This document shows positions 9,440 to 18,753 of a stretch of DNA of 64,000 nucleotides, piece by piece. A model generated the notes under the pieces. That model worked only from the letters and a program-made list of their open reading frames with translations. It had not been told where the DNA came from and did no database searches. Both the position numbers and the translations under genes were made by a program. The first letter of the stretch is position 1. The number at the start of each line of letters is the position of its first letter. This DNA is from Dehalococcoidia bacterium (GTDB lineage: Bacteria; Chloroflexota; Dehalococcoidia; Lucifugimonadales; UBA3495): contig CBDHFZ010000003.1 in NCBI GenBank assembly GCA_965262865.1, forward strand, positions 27,294 to 91,293, given 5' to 3'.

Positions 9440-9979
9440 ATAAACCCGCATGAGCGGAGGTCCGGAAACGCCGGGAAGCCCCATACATGCCACGGCGTCT
9501 CTGCGGTCCTGATTGCGGTTGCCGGTGATGTCGCCGCGGCGGTTGCGGTCGAAACCCGGTCCTGGTGGTTGTTCATATTTCTCATCGCGGGCCTCATCCC
9601 GGCGGTCTTGGCGTTCGGCTTCGTCCTCCGGTGCCCGTTCGAGGAATCCCGCTGGGCCCATTCCCCTTGGCTGCTGGCGGTGGGCCCGATCTGGGTGGGG
9701 GTCCATCTGACCAGCACCGGACTGGGCACATCGTTTTTCATAGTTGTGGGGAACTCAACCGTCGTTGATGCCGTTATTGCTCTGATGGCCGCAGAATTTG
9801 TATCCAGGTTTTGTAACCGGGTTTTGTATCAGGGGTTGCCGGCACGGTTTGACACCGGTTGAACGGAAAGGGATTGGTCGCCCGGCCAACGGGTCCGGCC
9901 GGCGGACCCTGCAGCTGGGCAGGCGGGGTTCGCTGTTAATAACGGGCCGTGCCGGCCCCGGCGTATCCTGCGCCCCTGT

Positions 9980-11752
9980 CTACCGGCAGTGCAGCGCCGC
10001 CGGGATCCCGTCCCTGCTCCACACCGTGACCGCCCCGGTAATCGGACCGGACAGCGCCTGCTCCAGCGTGGTGGTCAGCATGGGCAGGGTGCCAGCGGCG
10101 GCCCGGAAGTTGTTCCGGCCCCGCGCCGTCTCGCAGACCACCAGCAGGGGCAGGGCGCGGCCCGCCGCCGCCATCCGGCGGTAGGGTTCCAGCTTCTCCG
10201 CCACCCTGCCGGGACGGACGGCGGCCCGCTCGAACTCGATGCAGTGGGTCCCGGCGCCCAGGGTACCCCCGTTGACCTGCAGCAGCAGGTCGGGCCGCAC
10301 CTGGGTCAGGTTGGGCACGTTGACCTCGCCCCGCCAGCCGGCGACGGCGTCCACTCCCTCGCGGGCGAAGCGCACCACCAGGCGGTTCACCCCGTCGTTG
10401 TGGTGCTGCTCGTGCTCCCGGTACCAGCGGTCCAGGTAGGCCCGGTGGCGGCTGCGGATCACCTCGGGCCGCAGCCGGCTCATGTTGGCCGCCCGCCTCA
10501 TGCCCAGCTCCGAGAGGTAGTGGCGCCCGTCGAACACCGCCACCAGGCCGGTCTGGACGAACCGTCCCAGGTGGCGGGAGACCTCGCCGGAGGAGCCGCC
10601 GACGATCTCCCTGAGCCAGGAGGCCCGCATGGCGGGGAACTGGCAGATGGTCATGAACAGCCGGTGGGCGGTTCTGCCGTCGATGGCCTCCATGTCGGGG
10701 TTGTCTCTCAGCCACAGGCCCACCTGCTCCGGCCGGCCCACGGTGGGATGTCCGGCGGGATCCGACACCAGGTCCCGGGAGGGACGGAGTTCCACCGCCT
10801 CGCTGCACCGCCCGTCGGGGGTGCAGAACAGCGTGGGCGTGGAGCTGGGCAGGGTGTTGCGGGCCAGCTCCCTGGCCCAGGCGTCATGGGCCACCACGAT
10901 CTGGGCCGAGGGTTCCACCTGCTGGTCCGGGTCCTCGTAGAAGACCCGGTTGCCGATGCGGATATTCCGGTCCTCCCCGTGGGAATAGCAGTCGACGCCC
11001 CAGAAGCGGTGCTGCTCCTTGCGCCGGAGCGCCCGCTGGGTGGCGTGGAGACCGGCGTAGGTGAATGGCGTCCAGAGGTCGGCTCCGTACCTTGCCACGG
11101 CGTGGTAGAAGCCGCCGTGGCGGAGCAGCCGGAAGTCGGTCATCCTGGTCTCCCTGGAGGCCGCCGTGTCGCCTGGGGGCCGGCTCACCCTGCCGCTGCG
11201 CAGCAGGTCGGGGGCCAGGCGGTAGACCGGCTCCAGCATGGCCAGCCTTCGCAGCGATGTCTCGATGCCCCGCGACGTGGCGGTCCAGGGCGGGTGCTCG
11301 TGGCCGGGGCCGCCGCCGTCTGCCTCATGCGAATCACCGGGCGAATCACCGGGAGCGAAGGGGGAGTCGTCCTGACTCTCCAGGTGGGCGGGATGGTCGT
11401 GGTCCAGGGCAAACCGCTCCCGGTGGTCCTCGGGCAGTTCGCCCTCCGGGCGGAGGGCGGCCAGCCCCGAGGCCCGGGCCTCCTCCCTGGGCGTGGGATG
11501 CTGGTGGTCGGTGACGTAGAGCAGGTCCACTGCCCGCCGGGTGAGGAACCAGCGGTGCTGCCTGCGCTCGGTCATGCCCCGCACCACCGAGGCGACCCAG
11601 CCGCCCCGGCGCAGGGCGCCCAGCGTCCTCCTTACTTTCTCCTCGTCCAGTCCCAGGACCGGGGCCAGGTTGGCCACGCTGGCCAGGGGCATCCTGGCGG
11701 CGATCTTCAACAGTCGTCTCTGCTCGTTGGTGAGTGGGTCCCGCCGTGCCAT
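9980..11752 (-). CDS. hypothetical protein with winged-helix DNA-binding regions (possible replication-relaxation-like / mobile-element protein)
   Basis: Track ORF is 9980..11872(-). ATG 11750-11752 is preceded by GGAGGAGGAGG. The wHTH-like LTNEQRRLLKIAARMPLASVANLAPVLGLDEEKVRRTLGALRRGGWV is followed by a second similar region. The opposite-strand ORF 9989..11956 is Arg/Gly/Pro-rich shadow. Confidence 0.65.
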   Translation of the reverse strand: MARRDPLTNEQRRLLKIAARMPLASVANLAPVLGLDEEKVRRTLGALRRGGWVASVVRGMTERRQHRWFLTRRAVDLLYVTDHQHPTPREEARASGLAALRPEGELPEDHRERFALDHDHPAHLESQDDSPFAPGDSPGDSHEADGGGPGHEHPPWTATSRGIETSLRRLAMLEPVYRLAPDLLRSGRVSRPPGDTAASRETRMTDFRLLRHGGFYHAVARYGADLWTPFTYAGLHATQRALRRKEQHRFWGVDCYSHGEDRNIRIGNRVFYEDPDQQVEPSAQIVVAHDAWARELARNTLPSSTPTLFCTPDGRCSEAVELRPSRDLVSDPAGHPTVGRPEQVGLWLRDNPDMEAIDGRTAHRLFMTICQFPAMRASWLREIVGGSSGEVSRHLGRFVQTGLVAVFDGRHYLSELGMRRAANMSRLRPEVIRSRHRAYLDRWYREHEQHHNDGVNRLVVRFAREGVDAVAGWRGEVNVPNLTQVRPDLLLQVNGGTLGAGTHCIEFERAAVRPGRVAEKLEPYRRMAAAGRALPLLVVCETARGRNNFRAAAGTLPMLTTTLEQALSGPITGAVTVWSRDGIPAALHCR

Positions 11753-12411
11753 CGCAGTGCCTCCTCCTCCCCGTACCCCTCCCGTTGCGCCGGGGCCGAC
11801 CGGCCCCACCCGCTGCGTGATGGTTGCTCCGGCGGGTTCGGCCCTCCCTGCCGGCAGAGTCGGGGCAGGCATTATTGCTATTACAGATACTTCATATACG
11901 TACAGACACAGTTAGCAGATCGCCTGTATCGTCGTCAGGTGTCAGGAAACGGTTGATTGAGGGCCGTGCGACGGTGTCCTCAGGCTCGCTGGCGGTGGAG
12001 GATTCCCGGATGACACGGAGGGAGAGGGGGAGCGCAGGGCGGGGAATGCAATTGGGGAGAGGCCGCCTGCCCGAGGGAGGCCGGGGCGGCCCTGACCGCC
12101 AGCACAGGTGCTTCGGGTTGTCCACCGCACCGGGCAGAAGGGAGTGAAACCCATCGCACCATCCCGAACAGGACATCGGAACCGGCGCCTTCAGGTGCAC
12201 CGGCAGGTACGTTGCCAAGCGTCTGCTGTGTCTGGGCGTCAGGGCAGGGGCTCTGACCCGAACCCCAGGCCGGGATGATCCTCCCGGTGACCGGGTGGGG
12301 TTGCTCCCCTGGCATTTCTCCTGCCCGGAGAGGCTGGGCCGGTCGATGAAAGGGGCCTGCGTCCCCTGCAACACCTGCTGGATGCAGTTCGGGCGGCGGC
12401 GGACCACCTCC

Positions 12412-12610
12412 GAGCAGGCGGCGGACAATTCCCGGCTGCTGTTTGAGGCGGCGGCTCAGGCGGGTGTAGGAGGGATTGTCCACTTCTCGGTTGCAAGCGC
12501 GCCGGTGGAATCCGGGCTGCTTTACTTCCGGGGCAAGTGGCGAGTGGAGAAGCTCCTGAGGAACACCGGGATACCCTGCGACCTCATCACCCCGACCCTG
12601 GTGTTTGTAA
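12412..12610 (+). pseudogene. NmrA/SDR-like NAD(P)-binding protein fragment
   Basis: ..EQAADNSRLLFEAAAQAGVGGIVHFSVASAPVESGLLYFRGKWRVEKLLRNTGIPCDLITPTLVF resembles the middle of NmrA-like/atypical SDR proteins. There is no N-terminal Rossmann GxxGxxG and no C-terminus. Confidence 0.3.
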
Positions 12611-12635
12611 AAGGCGGCGGCAAAAAGGAGGGTGA

Positions 12636-12861
12636 ACACGCCGTAGCGGGCCAAGGTGAGGACACTTGCCGAGTCCAGCACCTCACGCAGCACGGTGTCC
12701 AGGTCCAGGCTCTCGTCGATGCGCAGGCCGGCCTCGCTCAGCCTGGACAGCCGTTCCCTCAGGGCCCCGGTCTGTCGCAGCAGGTCGTCATTCCGGGCCC
12801 CTCTCCAGCCTTCAATGGGGCAGGGGATGGCCGGTGTTCCCGTCCCTCCCGCCCGGCTCAA
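12636..12861 (-). pseudogene. N-terminal fragment of a GAF-domain sensor-like gene
   Basis: ..LRERLSRLSEAGLRIDESLDLDTVLREVLDSASVLTLARYGVFTL is a typical GAF-domain start. The rest of ORF 11980..12861(-) is low-complexity read-through. Confidence 0.35.
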
Positions 12862-12963
12862 TGAGTCCCGGATCGCGGGCTGACCGGTACAATCACACCA
12901 ACGTTACACAGACCTCACAATAATTCGACCAAAACAGCCGAAATCTTCACGACCAGTTTACAT
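12816..12963 (+). repeat. conserved ~130-150-bp upstream module, copy A (5' of the 13243 gene)
   Basis: TGGGGCAGGGGATGGCCGgTGTTCCCGTCCC..GCCCG...GTTACAC..ACCTCACAATAATTC..AAAACAGCCG...CCAGTTTACAT is shared with copies at 18516 and 29015. Confidence 0.8.
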
Positions 12964-13215
12964 CAGTCTAGTACAATTCCTTAGGCTCTCGACCCATGCT
13001 CTGGCAAACTGCAGAACACCCTGGAACACCACGGAGTGCCGAGCCGTAGTCAGGTACAACGTCCGGCAGATCACCGCCTTAAGGTGCCAGTTACACAATA
13101 TCTGAGACCGCGCCGGCCACCGCATAACGGCGCAGAGAGGACCATGATGACCATGATGAACAAGGATTTCCGCCGCCCCAATGGCTGGAATTTCCGCCTG
13201 CGGGCTGCAAAAGTC

Positions 13216-13237
13216 GGGGGGGGGGGGGGGGGGGGGG
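13216..13237 (+). repeat. homopolymeric G22 tract
   Basis: I counted 22 consecutive G from 13216 to 13237. The tract lies 5 nt upstream of ATG 13243 and is in frame (Gly7) with upstream candidate starts at 13144 and 13036. Confidence 0.95.
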
Positions 13238-13242
13238 TGAGT

Positions 13243-16200
13243 ATGCGCGTCCGCTTGTTTGCGGGACTGGGCCTGGCGGTGGCGCTAGTCGCGTTCCTGG
13301 CAACCCTGGTGGCGCTTCAGGCCCCGCCCCTGCAGGCACAGTCGCTCACCACCTTCGTCAGCAACACGACCCGGGATATTTCTAACTTTCCCTCCTCACT
13401 CAGGAGTGCTCAAGCGTTTACCACGGGCTCCGACACTGGTGGTTACGTAATCTCCGAGGTTGGGATCTACGTACGTGTTGGCGCTGGAAGGACGACCACG
13501 GTCAAGATCCGTGAAAATGACAGTTCTAATCAACCGGGCGTCTTGGTGGATACGCTCACGAATCCGCTGACCCCTACAGACGACGACGTCAATACGTTCA
13601 CGGCGCCGTCCAATCTCAGGCTTATGGCGAACACGAAATATTGGATTTCCGTGAACGAGGGCATCTCAGTAGCCGACTCAATGAATTTTGACACAACAAC
13701 GAGCGATGCCCAGACTGGAGAGCCGGATTGGCAGATCGCTAACAACCGTCTATCGAGAATTAACGACAGTGCCAGTTGGACTTCACCCATACATTCGCTT
13801 CTGATCGAAGTCCGTGGCACTGTACTCACACTATCCACCGACGCCACGCTGAGCGACCTGGCGCTGGAGGACGCGAGCAACGGCAGCGCCATCACGCTGA
13901 GCCCGGGCTTCTCCTCCGGTGAGTTCGATTACAGCGCGTCGGTGGAGTTCCCGGTCTCGGAGATCACGGTGATACCGACCACGAACGACGCGGGCGCGTC
14001 AATCAGATACCTGAACGACGTCGACGAGGAGCTCGGTGTCGGTGACAGATTTCAGCTCTTCCTGGCGGAGGGCGCGGAGCACTTGATCAAGGTTGAGGTG
14101 ACGGCGGAGGACGGCACTGCGACGCAAACCTACACGTTGACGGTGGCTCGGGCCGGTGAACCGGGGCAGGTGTTGGTTTCGGAGAAGCTTCTGTCGCTGA
14201 CGGAAGGTAACGGAGGCGCCTATAGAGTGAGTCTCAACCGACGACCGGCGGCGGATGTGACTGTGACGATCGGCGGGCATGCGGGCACGAATGTGTCCCC
14301 GAATACGAACAGCCTGACCTTCACCACGTCTAACTGGAGCCAGGCCAAGAGGGTGTTTGTGTCGACGGTCTCGGATACGAACACGACGAACGAATCGGTC
14401 ACGCTGACCCATACGGCCACCAGCTCGGACAGCTTCTTTGACGACATCACGATTCCCAGCGTGATCGTGAATGTGGATGAGGATGAGGAAACCGCCCCTG
14501 ACCACCACATCCATACAATCAGGCCGCAGGGGTCGTACGAATCGCTGCCTGGGGACAAGCCGCTGCCCGAAGAGGAATTTGAGGTATATGCCGGCCCCCG
14601 TTTCGGGACCATTGAGGGGGTGGCCGAAGGCCATTTATGGAGGCCGAGCGGGCTCTGGGGCGACCCCGACACAGACACCGTCTGGGTCGTTGACCCCAGC
14701 CACTTCGGCATCCACGCGCTCGACCTGTCGGAGCTGAAGCAGGGCCGGATCGAGCGGCACGTCGCGGCTGATACGTCAGAACTCGACTATAGGCTCAACT
14801 ACCGGTGCCACTTCAATGGAAGCCGGGCCAGCGGCTATGGAAACCCGTCGCTTACCGTGATGTGGGGAACAGAGACCAATTTATGGATCGCAAACGAAAT
14901 CAGCAGTACGCTCGATGCGTACAGCCGGAATTCCGCCGTAACCTCCGGATGCTTTACCAGAAACGTCACTTCATGGGACGCTGACGGTCAAGGCTACGAA
15001 TGGGCGGACGAGGATTTCAGATCACCATTCGAATTCCTTGGAGGGATTGACGTGTCCCGTGGCCCGCTGACGGTCGGGGGCATCTGGTCGGACGGCAATT
15101 GGGTGTGGCTCAGCGGGCCGAGCGGCGGCTTGGGCGACCCCGACGTTTACAGCTTCCGCTTGGGGGGCGTCATCGGGATAGCCGAGGCGCCGGGCTACGA
15201 CGGTCACACCGGCAGCAGCCACGGCCTCTGGTCGGACGGCACGACGATGTGGGTGGCCACCTGGTCTGGGTGGCTCCGGGCCTATGAGCTGCGTTCCGGC
15301 ATCCGCAGCGCGGAGTTCGACATCCGGATACAAACCTACGGCATGCCGCCGGGCGACATGTGGTCCGACGGCGAGACCATCTGGGTCACCAACCGGATGG
15401 GCAAGATCGATGCCTACCACCTGCCCGATCGGCCCTATGCCAGCAGCGGGGCCAGGACGCCTAGAGCGACGGAGGCGGAGCCCCTCACGGCGAGCTTCGC
15501 CCTGGCGCCGGAGGCGCATGACGGGGAGAACGGGTTCAAACTGCGGATCGCCTTCAGCGACGCTGTGGAAATAACGCCCGAGGACATGCGGGATCATGCG
15601 CTGCAGGTGAGTGGCGGCACGGTGACCGGTGCCGCGACGGTGAAGGGCCGCAGCGACCTGTGGGAGCTGACGGTGCAGCCGGCCGGGCCGGGTCCGGTGT
15701 CGATCCTGGCGCCGCTGGGCCGGGCCTGCACCGACCAGGGAGCGCTGTGCACCGCGGACGGGCGGTCGCTGACCGCTGGGCCCGCCCTCGTGGTGCCCGG
15801 TCCGCCGGCCGCCGGCCCTCCGGAGGTCCCGGACCAGCCGGAGGGGACCGCGGTGTTCGTTGGCGGCGTGGACCTGGAGTGGAACGATGTCCCCGGCGCC
15901 GGTTCCTACGATGTGCAGCAGTACCGGGGCGGCCAGTGGACCGGTCTGCCCGCCGACGGCGTGGCCATCGCGTTCTACGGAGCGGGAGCCATCATCAGCG
16001 GGCTGGACCCGCAATCGTCGCTCTGGTTCCGCGTGCGGGCGGCCAACGGGCACGGCGTCTCGGACTGGTCCGCGATGCTGTACATGAACTCGACCAGTCA
16101 GTTCAGGTCGGGCCGGCAGGCCAGGCCGGACAACGAGCCGGCCAGCGGGGCGCCGGCCGTCCACGGCACGGCGCAGGTCGGCGAGAGCCTCTGGGCCGAC

Positions 16201-18252
16201 GCCTCGGGCATCGAGGACGGGAACGGGCTGGACCGGGTGCAGTTCCGTTATCAATGGGTCTCCGGCGATGGGAACGCGGACACGGACATCGCGGGCGCGA
16301 CGGACTCCGGCTACACCCTTGTGTCTGCCGACGTGGGCCGGACCATCAAGGTACGGGTTGCCTTCACCGATAGGGGAGGGTACTCCGAGACCCGGACCGG
16401 CGCTGCTACGGGAGCGGTCGCGGCGGCGCCCAACAATCCCGCCACCGGGAAGCCGGCCATCAGCGGCACGGCCCAGGTGGGGGAGACCCTCACCGTGGCC
16501 ACCTCGGGCATCGCTGACGCTGACGGATTGGACAACGCGACCTTCAGCTACCAGTGGATGGCGGGTGGGACGGAAATTCCGGGGGCCACCGGGCCCAGCT
16601 ACACCCTGGTGTCCGACGACGAGGGCAAAACCATCCAGGTGTGGGTGGGCTTCATCGACGACGCGAGGAACGAGGAAGCGCTGGCCAGTGCGGCCACGGA
16701 GGCGGTTGGCTTTGCTGTCCAGCAGCGGGGGGCTTCCAACACGCCCGCAACCGGGCAGCCGACCATCAGCGGCACGGCCCAGGTGGGCGAGATGCTGACG
16801 GCGGACACCTCGGGCATCGCCGACGTTGACGGGTTGGTCAACGCGACCTACAGCTACCAGTGGCTGGGCGACGATACGGACATCGCCGGGGCTACGAGCT
16901 CCACTTACACCCTGGTGGACGACGATGAGGGCCGGACCATCAAGGTGAGGGTCATCGTCACCGACGACGAGGGGAACGAGACAACGCTGACCAGCACGGC
17001 CACGGACGCAGTGGAGGCAGCGGCCCAGCCCGACAGTCCAGCCACCGGGCAACCGACCATCACCGGCACTGTCCAGGTGGGTGAGATGCTGACGGCGGTC
17101 ACTACCGGCATCGCCGACGCGGACGGGTTGGTCAAAGCGACTTACAGCTACCAATGGGTCGCCAATGACGGAATCACCGATACGGACATCTCCGGCGCGA
17201 CGGATGCCACCTACACCCTGGCGGCCGACGACGCGGGCCGGACCATCAAGGTGCGGGTGATCGTCACCGACGATCTTGGTAACGAGACAACGCTGACCAG
17301 CACGGCCACGGATGAGGTTGGCTTTGCCGTCCAGCAGCAGACAACCAACACGCCCGCCACCGGGGAGCCGACGATCATCGGCACGGCCCAGGTGGGGGAG
17401 ATGCTGACGGCGGACACCTCGGGCATCGCCGACGTTGACGGGTTGGTCAACGCGACCTACAGCTACCAGTGGCTGGGCGACGATACGGACATCGCCGGGG
17501 CTACGAGCTCCACTTACACCCTGTTGGCCGGCGATGAGGGCCGGACCATCAAGGTGAGGGTCATCGTCACCGACGACGAGGGGAACGAGACAACGCTGAC
17601 CAGCACGGCAACTGCCGCGGTGGCGGCCCCCCAGCCGCCAGCCAAGCCCACGGGCCTGTCTGCCGCCGTCGTCTCCCACGACGCCGTGACCCTTACCTGG
17701 GACGACCCGCAGGACGACTCCATCACCGGCTACGTCATCCTGCGGCGCGACCGGGCGATCCATCCCACAGGGACCTTCGTCACCATCACAGATGACACCG
17801 GCTCGACGGACACCACCTACACCGACGATACGGTCGAGCCGGACAAGGAGTACGTGTACCGCATCAAGGCCAGCAACGAGCACGGGGAGGTGAGCGAGGA
17901 ATCCCACTGGGTCCGGGGCTTCACCCCGGCGGTCCCCGTCCCCGACAAGCCCACGGGCCTGTCTGCCGCCGTCTCCCACGACGCCGTGGCCCTCACCTGG
18001 GACGACCCGCAGGACGACTCCATCACCGGCTACGTCATTCTGCGGCGCGACCGGGAAATCCACCTGGTGGGGACCTTCATCACCATCACAGATGACACCG
18101 GCTCGGCGGACACCACCTACACCGACGAAACGGTCGAGCCGGATAAGGAATACGTGTACCGCATCAAGGCCATCAACGAGCACGGGGAGGTGAGCGAGGA
18201 ATCCCACTGGGTCAGGGGCTTCACCCCGGCAGCGCCGGCCCCGGCGGGCTAG
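13243..18252 (+). CDS. giant secreted repeat protein (1669 aa from ATG 13243): N-domain, cadherin-like beta-sandwich, beta-sandwich, propeller-type repeats, HDG...C...C module, FN3, 5 Ig-like units, 2 FN3
   Basis: A signal peptide MRVRLFAGLGLAVALVAFLATLVALQAPPLQAQS follows ATG 13243. The track ORF extends upstream to 13036 through the G tract. Domain units are shared with the 2445 and 18754 genes. Stop TAG is at 18250-18252. Confidence 0.9.
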   Translation: MRVRLFAGLGLAVALVAFLATLVALQAPPLQAQSLTTFVSNTTRDISNFPSSLRSAQAFTTGSDTGGYVISEVGIYVRVGAGRTTTVKIRENDSSNQPGVLVDTLTNPLTPTDDDVNTFTAPSNLRLMANTKYWISVNEGISVADSMNFDTTTSDAQTGEPDWQIANNRLSRINDSASWTSPIHSLLIEVRGTVLTLSTDATLSDLALEDASNGSAITLSPGFSSGEFDYSASVEFPVSEITVIPTTNDAGASIRYLNDVDEELGVGDRFQLFLAEGAEHLIKVEVTAEDGTATQTYTLTVARAGEPGQVLVSEKLLSLTEGNGGAYRVSLNRRPAADVTVTIGGHAGTNVSPNTNSLTFTTSNWSQAKRVFVSTVSDTNTTNESVTLTHTATSSDSFFDDITIPSVIVNVDEDEETAPDHHIHTIRPQGSYESLPGDKPLPEEEFEVYAGPRFGTIEGVAEGHLWRPSGLWGDPDTDTVWVVDPSHFGIHALDLSELKQGRIERHVAADTSELDYRLNYRCHFNGSRASGYGNPSLTVMWGTETNLWIANEISSTLDAYSRNSAVTSGCFTRNVTSWDADGQGYEWADEDFRSPFEFLGGIDVSRGPLTVGGIWSDGNWVWLSGPSGGLGDPDVYSFRLGGVIGIAEAPGYDGHTGSSHGLWSDGTTMWVATWSGWLRAYELRSGIRSAEFDIRIQTYGMPPGDMWSDGETIWVTNRMGKIDAYHLPDRPYASSGARTPRATEAEPLTASFALAPEAHDGENGFKLRIAFSDAVEITPEDMRDHALQVSGGTVTGAATVKGRSDLWELTVQPAGPGPVSILAPLGRACTDQGALCTADGRSLTAGPALVVPGPPAAGPPEVPDQPEGTAVFVGGVDLEWNDVPGAGSYDVQQYRGGQWTGLPADGVAIAFYGAGAIISGLDPQSSLWFRVRAANGHGVSDWSAMLYMNSTSQFRSGRQARPDNEPASGAPAVHGTAQVGESLWADASGIEDGNGLDRVQFRYQWVSGDGNADTDIAGATDSGYTLVSADVGRTIKVRVAFTDRGGYSETRTGAATGAVAAAPNNPATGKPAISGTAQVGETLTVATSGIADADGLDNATFSYQWMAGGTEIPGATGPSYTLVSDDEGKTIQVWVGFIDDARNEEALASAATEAVGFAVQQRGASNTPATGQPTISGTAQVGEMLTADTSGIADVDGLVNATYSYQWLGDDTDIAGATSSTYTLVDDDEGRTIKVRVIVTDDEGNETTLTSTATDAVEAAAQPDSPATGQPTITGTVQVGEMLTAVTTGIADADGLVKATYSYQWVANDGITDTDISGATDATYTLAADDAGRTIKVRVIVTDDLGNETTLTSTATDEVGFAVQQQTTNTPATGEPTIIGTAQVGEMLTADTSGIADVDGLVNATYSYQWLGDDTDIAGATSSTYTLLAGDEGRTIKVRVIVTDDEGNETTLTSTATAAVAAPQPPAKPTGLSAAVVSHDAVTLTWDDPQDDSITGYVILRRDRAIHPTGTFVTITDDTGSTDTTYTDDTVEPDKEYVYRIKASNEHGEVSEESHWVRGFTPAVPVPDKPTGLSAAVSHDAVALTWDDPQDDSITGYVILRRDREIHLVGTFITITDDTGSADTTYTDETVEPDKEYVYRIKAINEHGEVSEESHWVRGFTPAAPAPAG

Positions 18253-18515
18253 CCGGCGCGCAGTAACGTTGTAGGTTCTTACCGAGCAGGTTCTTACCGA
18301 GACACGTTTGCCATTGACCGTTTACGCCGGCGCGGACGCCGGCGTTCCGGTTTGGGACGAACCGGTTTCAGGAGAGGGACGAGAGTGGCGGGGCTGGCAG
18401 CCAGCGTGCCGGGAGGTGGATTGGAGGGATTGGCTCGGACGATCACTGCGATGGGGTGATTGGGATCGTCTAGGTGGTGGGCATGGAGTCGTTTTCGTTG
18501 CGGAGACCGTTGCCG

Positions 18516-18667
18516 GGCAGTGGGGCAGGGGATGGCCGTTGTTCCCGTCCCGCCCGTCCTGCTGAACGGACCCCGACAGCGGGTCAGCCGGCGTAATTAC
18601 GCCGATGTTACACCAACCTCACGCCAATGCGCTGAAAACAGCGGTTATTCTCACGGCCAGTTTACAT
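18516..18667 (+). repeat. conserved upstream module, copy B (5' of the 18754 gene), contains palindrome GGCGTAATTACGCC (18590-18603)
   Basis: This copy is near-identical to copy C (29015..29143) over GGCAGTGGGGCAGGGGATGGCCGTTGTT.CCGTCCCGCCCG.CCTGCTGA..GGACCCCGACAGCGGGTCAGCCGGCGTAATTACGCCGATGTTACACCAACCTCAC. Like copy A, it ends CCAGTTTACAT. Confidence 0.85.
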
Positions 18668-18753
18668 AAGCCTGATATAGTGTTTTGCTGATAATCCCGT
18701 GCTACGGCAGCGCTGCCGAGCATACCTGAACACCACGTCTGAGGATTGCACCC

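Noticed and set aside
11980-12861. The 293-aa minus-strand ORF and the 189-aa plus-strand ORF (12295..12864) as intact genes.
   Set aside because: Only ~65-75 codons of each resemble known families (GAF N-terminus and NmrA-like middle). The remainder is low-complexity, and the two ORFs overlap each other.
13036-13242. N-terminal extension of the 13243 gene from the track start at 13036, with poly-Gly encoded by the G tract.
   Set aside because: It cannot be excluded, especially for ATG 13144. However, the canonical signal peptide begins at ATG 13243 and the upstream peptide has no recognisable features. I therefore annotated the shorter form and treated the tract as a finding.
2880-18000. 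Diversity-generating retroelement (template/variable repeat pairs) as an explanation for the variable Ig-like units.
   Set aside because: The window contains no reverse transcriptase gene. Differences between units are not confined to positions that would correspond to template adenines. Units differ by whole-block exchange, which fits recombination and duplication better.
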